A stretch of DNA of 64,000 nucleotides from Octopus bimaculoides (Eukaryota), in assembly GCF_001194135.2 (NCBI RefSeq), contig NC_068995.1, forward strand, positions 32,922,213-32,986,212, given 5' to 3'. Position numbers and translations under genes: made by a program. Numbering within the stretch: the stretch's first letter is position 1; every line of letters begins with the position of its first letter. Below the pieces are notes generated by a model that was not told where the DNA came from, did not search any database, and worked only from the letters and a program-made list of their open reading frames with translations. Of the stretch, positions 52,701 through 63,585 are shown piece by piece.

Positions 52701-52795
52701 ACATGTCTGATGTTTATATTGTCAGTATTGCAGAACTTATCCAGTGGATTAAGCAACCAAAAACTTTGCAACTAATGAAAGAAAAAACGTGTTGA
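49793..52795 (+). CDS. Tandem-domain chitin/polysaccharide deacetylase (CE4/NodB family), 1000 aa, single coding exon
   Basis: Hydrophobic N-terminus; domain 1 (~49880-50815) has a Cys-rich lead-in, TFDD, HSVNH, GWRSPFL, YDAT, FWEVPV and the MHAAW motif; ~360-aa linker; domain 2 (~51896-52780) is homologous but degenerate. aaaccATG start context. Confidence 0.9.
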   Translation: MYIYLRISLHIFLVYIIMIKTSTLRVCRICQQNSTCYPPKCVCCKDSLPTNGENIKDFPQIVYFTFDDAVTLQTTKMYKKLFSAERKNPNGCRIKFTLFVSHNYTDYHLVNEFYKQGMEIASHSVNHRSDINLVQVRKEILGQKDNLVRFGNVPKEEIIGWRSPFLKPFGDKQVEILKEGGYIYDATLTYSKRHRKAIYPFTLDYGWPFRCQIPNCPEMQHPGFWEVPVVSVTDKNTLYDCVYTDGCTFPPTTYEEAYRYLWNNFLDYYNGNRAPMGVHMHAAWFFYNYPDDPYRLKAMDRFIRELLKKPDVHIITIKQMLEWVKNPVKNSEINSLKSWQCDSSNDFIKNFLQQYKYNDIHKNESLLQNQFKPYLKEKYTAKENRLYNISILEDSDNIASGSNSDNLWMSQNKLTDYKERRAKEEIKSLNTGAESRKKPMPVTEHVKTKTREWVARNFNLTDGWNQNDQSQFSSYIKESVHKEHLKQMNTKVSQQNGKENKKKKIYNQKQLTKNVDHSRIFSGSYFPRYHINQPKDFREKLDVYKNGTVVSMDKSEIFFKTPQNKTLTRHLQGRTSQNILMRYTNTKRNRLNILTVNQSSSLGSLMTSRSINNNSSGNNNIDINSPYIRRNTSFALDKQVLKALHQADDVWKTSVIANETSQPFKSNFQARAGVGNQEFSSRYSKRISIKSKNVKNNTFKTCQQGKNCLLPYCRCMNANVGIAKMDDIPQFVYFTFNGPITNQFFYSMISLFNLSHLNLRCPIKATYFVSDEGTSYDLVRKLYEADMDIALQGNSTSFYSNKSMLALDIQSQKFKMTHGAGIPAINITGWRSPSMFPLGDDQMKILQKEHFIYDSTLIYKQGCYRWPFTLDFGWGRTCPIGKCPTGNFYGFWEVPVIPLLDKYNYTCVYADGCLFNPTTAKDTLDFLLKNLAVHYQEKIPYGVQLRHDWFNPSQRHNLEGLKNFISKLVNMSDVYIVSIAELIQWIKQPKTLQLMKEKTC

Positions 52796-53171
52796 AAAAC
52801 TGCTTAAAAAAACTTCTATAAATGGATATATATTTTTGGCATTAAAACTGTATAAATTCTATTCAGTTTAAATCCAGTTTACTGTACAACTAGTTTTAAT
52901 TTGAAAAGTATAATGCGTAATCATAGAGAAAACGTTTGACAAAATCTTGATGCAAAAAGAAATGGTCATTTAATGATGGAAAACTGTTTGCTCAAACATA
53001 ACTCTTGTCTACATATTGAGTTTGCTTTTGTACCTCTCCTTCTAGATTATTAAAGTGACTTAACCTAAAGTAAGTTGTTTTCATATCTCCAGCCATTAAA
53101 GTCACCCTCTTTAATTAGGTGGATGCCATCCTAACTATTTACGGTTACTCGTCATTAAATGTCTTTTCATT

Positions 53172-54476
53172 ATATTGCGTCAAGACTTTTCTATTTGGCT
53201 GCCAAGATTTCAAAAATCAAAGTTTATCGAGAATTTTAAAATTTGGTAGAATTATGTAGTTTTCCAAGCTGAATTGCTGGAGTTAAAACGTTAAAAAGGT
53301 TTAAAATTTGATCATTTTCACGTCATTTTGTACGTGACTTCACATTTTGTCAACATCTTGAAAATAGCACTTGTGTTTTTATATGAAACCGTAAACAAAT
53401 GAATTACACACGACATAAAACCCCTCATGACTTTTATTATTTTTTTGGAATTTTCAGAAAATGTTTGCGAATTTGTATTCTATATGCGGGACTTAATACT
53501 ATTATGCCAAAAGAAAAAAAAATTGTGGGGGTATGTGATTTAGCTGTTATTTTTAGCATACCTTACAACCACCTTAATAACAAAAAAACATGAATAAGCA
53601 ACACATATTTTGTAGTTTTAAGCATTCAATATGCATTTTATACGATAAATAGCACATTACAAATTAAATCTTTCTCAAAATAAAGTTATAGCACAAACTT
53701 ATAAGATTTATCCAAAAACAAAATAGCACATTACAAATTAAATATTTTTAAAAAACAAACATCTAAACAACCTTCCCAGGACCAACAACCTTAACTGGAT
53801 GACAGAGCAGGTCCTCCGCACATACTTCCCTAATTTAGCTGTTATAATGAACAGCTGTGCAATGGCTCATCCCCAGTTCTTCAACACAAAACCGGACTGA
53901 AGTCAATTCCTTAACCCATGAGTAAAGGAAAAACACTGCAATCCTAAGATGAAGGGAACCACCTTCAAGCCATATATCTTTCCTCACTGACACAGACTCC
54001 ATGCATCCTTGGCGAGTGCATCGCCAATACATATTCCCACCACGTTTTATTGTATTAATGAAATGCTTCTTCGTTTTGCTTAATTTTCTTTTGGGTATAA
54101 CACCCTTTTCTTGCAAGTACGAAACCACATCCTCCTTTGGTGCATGATTTAAGGCCTATTTGGCTGCTATTTTTAGCACATATGACAACCATCTCAATGA
54201 CTGGAACATATTAGTCAACATGTGCTTTCACGCACACAAAGGAGTTCTCATGTTTGCCTTGTTAGTATGGAAACAGGCATGAATGTGCATGTGGCTTACG
54301 GTTGGCTAAAATTACCCCAAATTTTCAAACTTTGATAGCTAATAACGCTTTATTTATTGATTTATGGCAAAAATTATTTTCATGGTATTGATTAACATAT
54401 AAAAGTATATCATTACACTGAATATGAAATCCATGAAATTGACCTTGGCAGCCAAACAGAAAAGATCCGACACTAT
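53172..54476 (-). mobile_element. Merlin/IS1595-like DNA transposon, internally deleted
   Basis: 21-bp IR core cttttctatttggctgccaag (53186-53206) / cttggcagccaaacagaaaag (54444-54464); transposase N-terminus YWRC..C..SVSVRKD...TAVHYNS..REVC..VGPGKVV* stopping just before the first DDE Asp. Confidence 0.7.
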
Positions 54477-55694
54477 GTGTGCATATTCATATATATATTG
54501 GTTTCATACGTGTGTGAAAACGCCACGTGTGCGTATTTATATATATTGGTTTCATATTTTGATACAAGGCCAGCAATGTCGGGGAAAAGAGTAAGTCGAT
54601 TACTTCGGCCCCCAACGATCAATTGGTATTTATTTTATCGACTCCCGAAAGAATGAAAGGTAAAGTCAACATCGGTGGGTGTTAAACTCAGAACGTGCAG
54701 ACGACTAAATGCTGTTAAGCATTTCCCCCAGCGTGCTAACGATTCTACCAGCTCGTTGCCTTCGTATTTGTATGTATTGCATGTGAGTATCATACACTCA
54801 AATTGTGTCTTGTTATATCTCTGTGCTTTATCCCCCCCCCCCCCAGTTATATAGTTTATCCCCTAAAACAATCTACGAACAACTTGCTTTCTAAGAAATA
54901 TTTGTTATTTCTTTGTTATGTTATTTGTGGTTGTTTCTGATCTGATGCAACGCTTCACGATGAAGAAGTTTTTATAGATATACCAACGAACCAAGAAGTT
55001 ATAAGAATCGCCATCCTCTAAATAAAACCCTCTGCCTCTTAGGTAATATCATGTTAATTTCAGTCGTAAAAAAAATATAATATAATGACTATATCCACTC
55101 ATTTATTATTTATATTTTTTCTTCCAGAATTTTTGTTGCCTTTTGCAACATTGTCAATGGATGTTGACTATCAACATCCATTGACACGGTTGCAAAAAGG
55201 CAACAAAAATTTTGGAAGGAAAAATATAAATAATAAATGAGTGGAAATCGAACCGGTGAGTGTGTTAGATAATAAGGCATTAAGACAGTATGACTCTTCC
55301 TAGATACCACATAATTTACTTCAATACACGAATTCATATAAAGAATCTTGCAAACCAGATACAGAAACGAGGTATAATGACGATATATTCCAACTAAATT
55401 TAAACTATAAATAGATTTCAGCATTGCGTTTGTCTTCTAAAAAATTTGTTTATCATTTATTGGCAATCGCATCATTCTCTATTCTAATACAACCTACTTA
55501 ACATACATACAGGTCGTATGTCCTAATAATATTATTGCTAAATCAACATTCATCACCGATCTCCAGCTAGCCTGGGCGGAGTGGGAAAACTTTTACATAT
55601 ACGATTGTTTCTTGGTCGAGTACTGGGCTTTTCACACTGTACTGTGCACTGTCTAAAGACAGCTATAATTATGCAGTATAACTAGTAAAATCAG

Positions 55695-55696
<2 letters not shown>

Positions 55697-55744
<48 letters not shown>

Positions 55745-55745
55745 G
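55697..55745. repeat. (GATA)n microsatellite
   Basis: Direct inspection. Confidence 0.9.
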
Positions 55746-56222
55746 AGAGAGAAAGGGGGAGATGTGTGTGGGGGACAAGCCTTGAGGTTTCTGATAAATG
55801 AAAATATTTCAACAAGGAATCGAAGCTAAGTTACCAATGCAGAGTGTCTGTAACTGCGAAGTCAATAACCTTGGTAACCCCCAAATCTTTTGAAAAGGTT
55901 GCAAGACGCAACGAAAATTTTAGGAAAATAAAAATAAGAAATAAGTGGAAATTTTACCGGTGTGTGTTAAATTATAAGACACAAAAAGAAAATGACTCTC
56001 CCCAGACACAACAGAAGGTAAAAATATTACATGTAAAAACGGCTTAGGTTAAAATGGTTGAGATAAGAATGGTAAATGTGCACCAATTACTATCTATAAA
56101 TGTAAATATATAATCTAAATATAGAAGCTGAACATGTAGAAGTTGTCTATAGCTATCCGCTTTCTCTTTGATTTTCAAAGAGACATTCACATCAACAGGG
56201 CGGCTGGGGACGATGACAGTAT

Positions 56223-57274
56223 ATGCAAGATGCACAACAGAAGTTTTGAAACATTTATTAATTTCAAAGAAGTACAAAGCTCTAATCTCTTTCAAAGTTG
56301 GCTTCTCTGACTTGAATGCACTTGTAGTACTCCAACCACTTCGTGAAGGTTTCATGGGAGTCCTCCAAAGTGAAAACGTCTAGGATCTTGGTCACATCTT
56401 CTTTAATTTGGGGAATAAACATACGTCACAGGGAACAAGGTCAGGACTGTAAGGAGGGTAAGGAACAGTTTTGATGCCCACTTCTGTGAAGTAGTTTGGT
56501 TACAAGGATGGAATCATGGATTGGTGCATTTCTGGCCTTTTGTGACGAATTCTCTTCCTGAATTCTCTCAAAACCTCCACAAAGTACTCTTTATCAAACG
56601 TCTGGCCATAGGCAACCCAGCGAACGTAAATGATTCCCTTGCCGTCAAAAAATGGGATCATCATGAACTTCCTGGTCGACTTGCTGTGCCTGGCCCCTTG
56701 TATTCGGCTCTTACGAGTTAATCCATAAGCATTCTGGAGCATTTCATAAGTTTCTGTAGCGTTTTTGCCCGATTTGACACAAAACTTTATTGCACAACGA
56801 ACTTCCAAATTGTCTTCACGACCTGTAGTAACGCCGTACGCATGCGTAGTCTCACGCATGCGTGGAATTCAACAACCAAGCTTTCCCGCTTTGATCGATC
56901 TCTTTCTTGCTGGTCAGCGATTGAGCAAGGACGTGTCTAGCTGTCTCTCCATCTTTCGAACTCACGCTAGACAGCTCACATCAATATACCAACGTCCCAA
57001 CAACCATGTTCTGACACACCGAAGACGTCTCAACAAACAAGATTAAAGATGTATATTTTCCACCATGAATAAATATTTGTTATGTTGATAGTCTGGAGTT
57101 CAGCGTTCCGTTCATATTCCTAATTTAATATAGGAAAGTCAGGTGTACATCTAATGATGTATAACCCGCTTTCCTATAGACGTATAGTAATGATATACTA
57201 AAATTCCAATAATTTAGGACAGTTAAAACTTCTCCTAAAAAAGAAGTCTCAAAATTTCTGGAATGCACCTCGTA
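56223..57274 (-). mobile_element. Internally deleted mariner interrupted by a solo-LTR-like element
   Basis: Imperfect TIRs (tacgaggtgcattccagaaattttgagac); RCAIKFCVK.GKNATETYEML (HTH) and PYPPYSPDLVPCD motifs. Confidence 0.85.
56824..57178 (+). mobile_element. Solo-LTR-like element, family B copy 1
   Basis: TGTAG...CTATA ends, TSD GACC/GACG, AATAAA near 57069, terminal CTAATG hairpin; homologous to 58565-58802 and 63586-63999. Confidence 0.75.
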
Positions 57275-57817
57275 CATTTATTTTTTTTTTTTTTTACTTT
57301 TCCAATCAACGACATCCGCCCTGTTTGCAATTGGAGGAAGTTTTGATGGGGATGTTTCACTAATATTCATCGTCTTGATGTTTATGTATATATTCAATAT
57401 TAGGGGTATTCTCTATATTTATCTCAAAACACTTTTTTTATGGCATTGTATGTTGTTTTAACGACAACACCATGTTGCATCACGAAGTGATGGCATATTT
57501 GAACTTGCTAATCACATGTGTGATGTCTTCCACAAAAACCTAACATAATCGGCATTTTCGATTGCATTTTGGGGATCCATTGTCTTTTTTTTTTTGTGTG
57601 TGTGTGACAATCTCTTGCTCTTGGATTACAAATGCATAGCTTTCGAAGTGTGATTTGTTGTAGCAATCATAAGTCCGAGAAAAGGCTGCACTTCATGCTG
57701 ATATTGCTGTCTTGAGTCTTCAGGAAACATAGACATGCATAGTTTATTGCTTGGATGTGCTGAAAGTTTTAGGCCCAGGCAATCCTTAAGGTATGTTAGT
57801 CCGGTTGTTTTTGACTG

Positions 57818-59037
57818 CACATTTTGTCAACATCCTGAAAATAGCACTTGTGTTTTTATATGAAACCGAAACCAAATGAGTTACGCACAACATATATAAC
57901 TTTTATTCTTTGGAATTTTCAGAAAATGTTTGCGAATTGTAGGGTTGCATGATTTAAGGCCTATTTAGCTGTTATTTTTAGCACACTTCACAACCACCTC
58001 GATGACAAAAAAAAAAACAACAAAAAAACAAAAAAACGAGTAAACAATACGTATTTTGTAGTTTTAAGCATTCAATATGCATTTTATGCAATAAACAGCA
58101 CATTACAAATTAAATCTTTCTCAAAATAAGAAACTTATAGCACAAACTTATAAGATTTATCCAAAACCNNNNNNNNNNNNNNNNNNNNNNNNNNNNNNNN
58201 NNNNNNNNNNNNNNNNNNNNNNNNNNNNNNNNNNNNNNNNNNNNNNNNNNNNNNNNNNNNNNNNNNNNNNNNNNNNNNNNNNNNNNNNNNNNNNNNNNNN
58301 NNNNNNNNNNNNNNNNNNNNNNNNNNNNNNNNNNNNNNNNNNNNNNNNNNNNNNNNNNNNNNNNNNNNNNNNNNNNNNNNNNNNNNNNNNNNNNNNNNNN
58401 NNNNNNNNNNNNNNNNNNNNNNNNNNNNNNNNNNNNNNNNNNNNNNNNNNNNNNNNNNNNNNNNNNNNNNNNNNNNNNNNNNNNNNNNNNNNNNNNNNNN
58501 NNNNNNNNNNNNNNNNNNNNNNNNNNNNNNNNNNNNNNNNNNNNNNNNNNNNNNNNNNNNNNNNCTCCATCTTTCGGACTTACGCTAGACAGCTCGCTTA
58601 CATCTACATAACAACGTCCCAACAACTATACTCACACACACACAGAAGCTGTAACAACAAGAGCTAAAGATATATATATTTACCACCTGAATAAAGTGTT
58701 GTTTAAGTTGATAGTCCGGAGTTCAGCGTTCCGTTTATATTCTTTAATTTTATATAGGAAAGTCAGGTATACATCTAATGATGTATAACCAACTTTCCTA
58801 TAGGCTCATCCCCAGTTCTTCAACACAAGGCAGGACTGAAGTCAATTCCTTAACCCATGAGTAAAGGAAAAACACTGCAGTCCTAAGATGAAGGGAACCA
58901 CCTTCAAGCCATATATCTTTCCTCACTGACACAGACTCCATGCATCCTTGGCGAGTGCATCGCCAATACATATTCCCACCACGTTTTATTGTATTCATAA
59001 AATGCTTCTTCGTTTTGCATAATTTTCTTTTGGGTAT
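57818..59037 (-). mobile_element. Second Merlin-like copy, interrupted by a gap and a family-B element
   Basis: 57818-58168 aligns with 53341-53720; 58803-59037 aligns with 53865-54100. Confidence 0.75.
58565..58802 (+). mobile_element. Solo-LTR-like element, family B copy 2 (3' part; 5' part in gap)
   Basis: High similarity to the other B copies; ends ...ctttcctata directly against Merlin sequence ggctcatc. Confidence 0.75.
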
Positions 59038-59229
59038 CATGCTGATATTACTACCATCTTCAAGTCTTCAGGAAACATACCCACGCATAGTTTATTTGTT
59101 TGGGTATGCTGAACGTTTCAGGCCCAGGCCATTTCTGAAGTATGTTAGTCCGGTTGTTTTGGATTTGTATGGGAGGTCATCAGGAGGAGAGTACTTCCTG
59201 AAGAGCTCACAGCTGAAACTTATGGTGTT

Positions 59230-59690
59230 ACCTCTTCTCTTTTCAGCACTAGGTTTATCTATTTGTTTTTGCTGCTGTTATTTACAGCTGTAGTCTAACA
59301 GAGACTATAAGATATTTGAAGGCTATCTGCACTCTACCCTCTACCTCCTTCGTCACTTCTTACGTAGAGCCAGCCGATGAAGTTTCCAGTTGATGTGAAG
59401 ATCTTGCAGATTTTAATGTTTATGGAGTGAATTTCCTCTCCAAATCAGTCAAGTATTCCATATGTTGGTGTTTGCACTGATATTGCGAAGGTATTGTAGG
59501 ATATTGCCTCATTGTAAGAGGAGTGTTCCGACTACCATATTTTTCTCTGTCTGCTGTGGTATTTTCAGATCATTCTATTTTTATTTACAACACCCTCGTA
59601 TGATATGTTTTCATCAATGTCTAGGTATTTGTAGTATTCTTTGTGTGGAACAGGAGAGATAGAGAGACTGTTGATGCATAGGTTTTGGGT
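59230..59690 (-). mobile_element. R4/Dong-like RT C-terminal remnant
   Basis: Minus strand YKYLDIDENISY...RKIW*SE...TPTYGILD...INIKICKIFTSTGNF...LYVRSDEGGRG. Confidence 0.7.
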
Positions 59691-60742
59691 TTAGAGTACT
59701 GATTTTTCACGTTCAACATTCGAATACAAACATTTCGAACGTATGTATGTATGTCATTCAGTTTATTTTAAGATTTCTTGCCAATAGAGAAAGAATCGGT
59801 TTAGAAGGCTCCTTCATTAGAATTTCAACATCAACAACAGGGTATTTTTGTATGTATGTATGTATGTATGTATGTATGTATGTATGTATGTATGTATGTA
59901 TGTTTTATGTATGTATTCTCATGCATATAGTTGCATATCTAGACATGCTCATATATATTTAAATGATAAACTTCTAGAAAGTTTTACTGATTTTTACAGT
60001 TCCAGTGATGGATTGGATTTGTAGTCTTCGAATTAGCTTTCTCCTTTCCAGTGTTGAGAAGCCTAANNNNNNNNNNNNNNNNNNNNNNNNNNNNNNNNNN
60101 NNNNNNNNNNNNNNNNNNNNNNNNNNNNNNNNNNNNNNNNNNNNNNNNNNNNNNNNNNNNNNNNNNNNNNNNNNNNNNNNNNNNNNNNNNNNNNNNNNNN
60201 NNNNNNNNNNNNNNNNNNNNNNNNNNNNNNNNNNNNNNNNNNNNNNNNNNNNNNNNNNNNNNNNNNNNNNNNNNNNNNNNNNNNNNNNNNNNNNNNNNNN
60301 NNNNNNNNNNNNNNNNNNNNNNNNNNNNNNNNNNNNNNNNNNNNNNNNNNNNNNNNNNNNNNNNNNNNNNNNNNNNNNNNNNNNNNNNNNNNNNNNNNNN
60401 NNNNNNNNNNNNNNNNNNNNNNNNNNNNNNNNNNNNNNNNNNNNNNNNNNNNNNNNNNNNNNNNNNNNNNNNNNNNNNNNNNNNNNNNNNNNNNNNNNNN
60501 NNNNNNNNNNNNNNNNNNNNNNNNNNNNNNNNNNNNNNNNNNNNNNNNNNNNNNNNNNNNNNNNNNNNNNNNNNNNNNNNNNNNNNNNNNNNNNNNNNNN
60601 NNNNNNNNNNNNNNNNNNNNNNNNNNNNNNNNNNNNNNNNNNNNNNNNNNNNNNNNNNNNNNNNNNNNNNNNNNNNNNNNNNNNNNNNNNNNNNNNNNNN
60701 NNNNNNNNNNNNNNNNNNNNNNNNNNNNNNNNNNNNNNNNNN

Positions 60743-61292
60743 AACGAGACCTTCGAAGACGAAAGCGGGTTAGGGTTCCATGGCAACGGCGGTCGAGCAA
60801 GGGGCAGTCGGTCCTAAGAAGTGGGCGAAAGCTTTCACGAAAGGCGCTGGATCCGTCGTCGTAGCAAACGAACGAACGATTGTATACGCGGCCGGCCTCG
60901 CATCGAAATGGAGTCGGGTTAATATTACCGAACTCGAACTAGGAGAGTGCCCATCTGGCAGGGGGAACGTGACGCACTCCTTGTGCGTCCGTCGTCAAAG
61001 ACGGCAGCCGGGCAAAGCAATCGAGCCCTGAGATCTCTAGGCAATCCTATTTGTGTTCTGCGTGATCCTGCTTGTGTGTTATGTACCGAACTGTGCTACC
61101 TGTCTGTAGGGTGCAGAGTGTGTCTGTCTTCCTTTGTTGCTAAGAGGAAGCCTAGCAAATTCCGCCATACTGAATTGGCTCGCGTCGCACCGGGTTGGTT
61201 TGCCCCGGACATGCTTCTCAGTCATGCTGGAATGAAAGGTTACTTTCTCCCGGGGTGGCTATATGGTCATGTCCCCACTCCCCCGTGATACA
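60743..61292. mobile_element. CpG-rich, probably young LTR-type sequence (one end lost in gap)
   Basis: Sharp GC/CpG enrichment relative to flanks; ends ...cccccgtgataca (TG/CA-type terminus); no recognisable ORF. Confidence 0.35.
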
Positions 61293-62250
61293 CTAGTTGA
61301 CCAACAAAGTACTGGACATGAAATTCCCAGCTGCACCATCAGCGTTCCATCGTCGCTGACAGTCAGCGTTCGTTCGTTGACCGTCGACGTTCGTCCAACG
61401 CTAACGCTAGAAAGATCGAGTCCATCTCTGACAACTACCTATTGTCTATCATTATTCACCTCTTTCTTCGCACGCCCGCTTTCTTCCTACCTACTCTTCC
61501 CCAACCTTCTCTACTCCACTCTTTTTGTCCCTCTTCCTTCACTTTTTGGTACCAAAAGACTATCCAATTTTTTATCACTCATCATTTTTCTACTTGACTA
61601 GTGCCTAGGTAAGACATATTTTCATCTGCCTAGCATTCACTTCAGACCTCTAGCTTGTCTTATCTTTTCAATTTTCATTTTTTTCCTTCCTTCTTTCTAT
61701 CTTTCTTTCCTTCTAGCTTTCTTCCCTTCAATTTCATCTCTCTATCCTTCTGAACCCTCTCATCGTACCTTTGTAGTGTCCCACATTTTGAAATACTTGC
61801 AATTTTTATTTTTACTGTTTATGTTTACTTCTCTTGATAAGCATTTTCATATACAAAATATATTTCACATTATTACATATATGTTACTCGTTTAATTCAA
61901 ATCAAAAATACGCAAATGTATATCATAATGTTTTTTTAGTTTTTTCGAAGTGTGATGAATTTTAAAGTTGTTAAATGAAAAAAATATTTAATTTTCTATC
62001 TGATAACAATGTCGAACAAGTTTTAATAAATTAATAAAAAATAATTAAGAGAAGCCCTACTTTTCTAATATGAAAATGTTGACCTGCTTACACTTTTTAA
62101 AATTTTTCCCTTTATTTTAAGCTCTGTATTCTATGTCAAGTCTATCAGAAGCAAAAGTGAGGAAATTTTCAGATTTCTTCGGTACTGCATCATGTCAAGA
62201 GAATGCAGGATTTTTGGAGATTACAGTGATGTAATTCAGTGAAAAAATTA

Positions 62251-63585
62251 ATGGCAAATCATTTCCAAGAAGTGCCATCGAAATTTTGTACGTCACAAAA
62301 ACAATTTGTACCTGGAAAGACATTCAGCTTTCCCAAGGATGCAAAGAAACGCTCATACTGCCAGTCTGGTTCAAGGAAGCTGTAGCGAACACTCGAGTGA
62401 AATTCCTCTCTTCTCTTTATTACGTATACGTGCATTCGAACGTAGCAGGTAACAGCTAGCCTTTGGCCGCTATTGGGACTTCGTTGTGTCCATTACTTTG
62501 ATTGGTTGGTATCGGTGCAATTTGTCTCTTACTCTGTCGCACCAATCTGCAGCGTATAACCAATCGGAGCTCTAAATAAGATCACATGAGATAGCCTCTT
62601 CTCAACCCAGTTTTGAACCTACAGCTCCTTATAAAAACCCAGTTTCTCCTCGTCTCGATGTTTTGGGTTTCAGACCTTTTAAGGTCTAGTCACTGACCAC
62701 ACAAGACACAGCCAGTCCAAGTGACAACGCCAGACGACAACACCCGTCCAACACCATTATGGTAACCTCTGTCTTCGTCGCCACCCTCATCTTCTTAACG
62801 TCATCAACATCATCTCTACTTACACAGCTCAACAAGCAACTCACCCAGGTTCTAACACAGCACTGTTCGTGAATTACTTCACCATGGACCAACAGCGAAT
62901 ATACAACTTGCGAGAACTCCTGTACCAAGTGACCCAGGCAGCAGCATTACAGCCACAACTTCACATACGACATGTACTGCGTACGACAAGTACCGCAACT
63001 GGCTCAGCATCATGATCAGAACTACTTGATACAGTATTTCAACTACCAAGTACAATTGACTACAAACTGGTACTTACATTTCTTGTGTCTATGAACATTC
63101 TTCTAACTTCTCATTATAGACTCTTTCCCTGTTTTTCTTTATTGCTATTTTTATATGTACTTAACGCACACGCAACTCGTCTCTGACAAAGATGTATCTG
63201 ATCCCAGCCAGTCTCCGCTTTCATCTCCACCAGACGACTGCATACATGGTTGCTGTATGAACACCACACGACCAACGACTACCTCTACACACCACCAACA
63301 GTACGTCAACATTGTCTACAATATCAACAGTCCAGCCTAACCACGAAGTCTCTCACACATCTTTGTTGTAACCTGTTATGTTATTTTGTTTCATGTATGG
63401 CAATCATTGTATTTTATAACGGAGAATAAATCGTCGCTTACCAGTTCATTTTCATCTTTTATATACATTTATACATTATCTGTATTAACCAACTCTGTTA
63501 TAATTGGTGAATCCCAGCATAATACATTGATCCGTTGTAAAGCCATGTGGCTTCATTATGATATTCAGCATGATGCTGTTATCTG
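62251..63585 (+). mobile_element. hAT transposase N-terminal (TTF-type zinc finger) remnant split by insertions
   Basis: ATG at 62251 ...FSFPKDAKKRSYCQS(frameshift)WFKEA|MWLHYDIQHDAVI(C); the two halves rejoin in frame when 62381-63543 is removed. Confidence 0.7.
62381..63539 (+). mobile_element. Long solo-LTR-like element, family C (1,159 bp)
   Basis: Starts TGTAG; 4-bp TSD AAGC (62377-80 / 63540-43); CCAAT boxes, TATAAAA near 62630, AATAAA near 63425. Confidence 0.7.

Noticed and set aside
49793-52795. Horizontal transfer or retrogene origin of the intronless deacetylase CDS
   Set aside because: AT-rich host-like codon usage, a Cys-rich invertebrate-type CDA architecture and an apparent 5'-UTR intron; no poly-A/TSD scar. 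Only a phylogeny could revive the idea.
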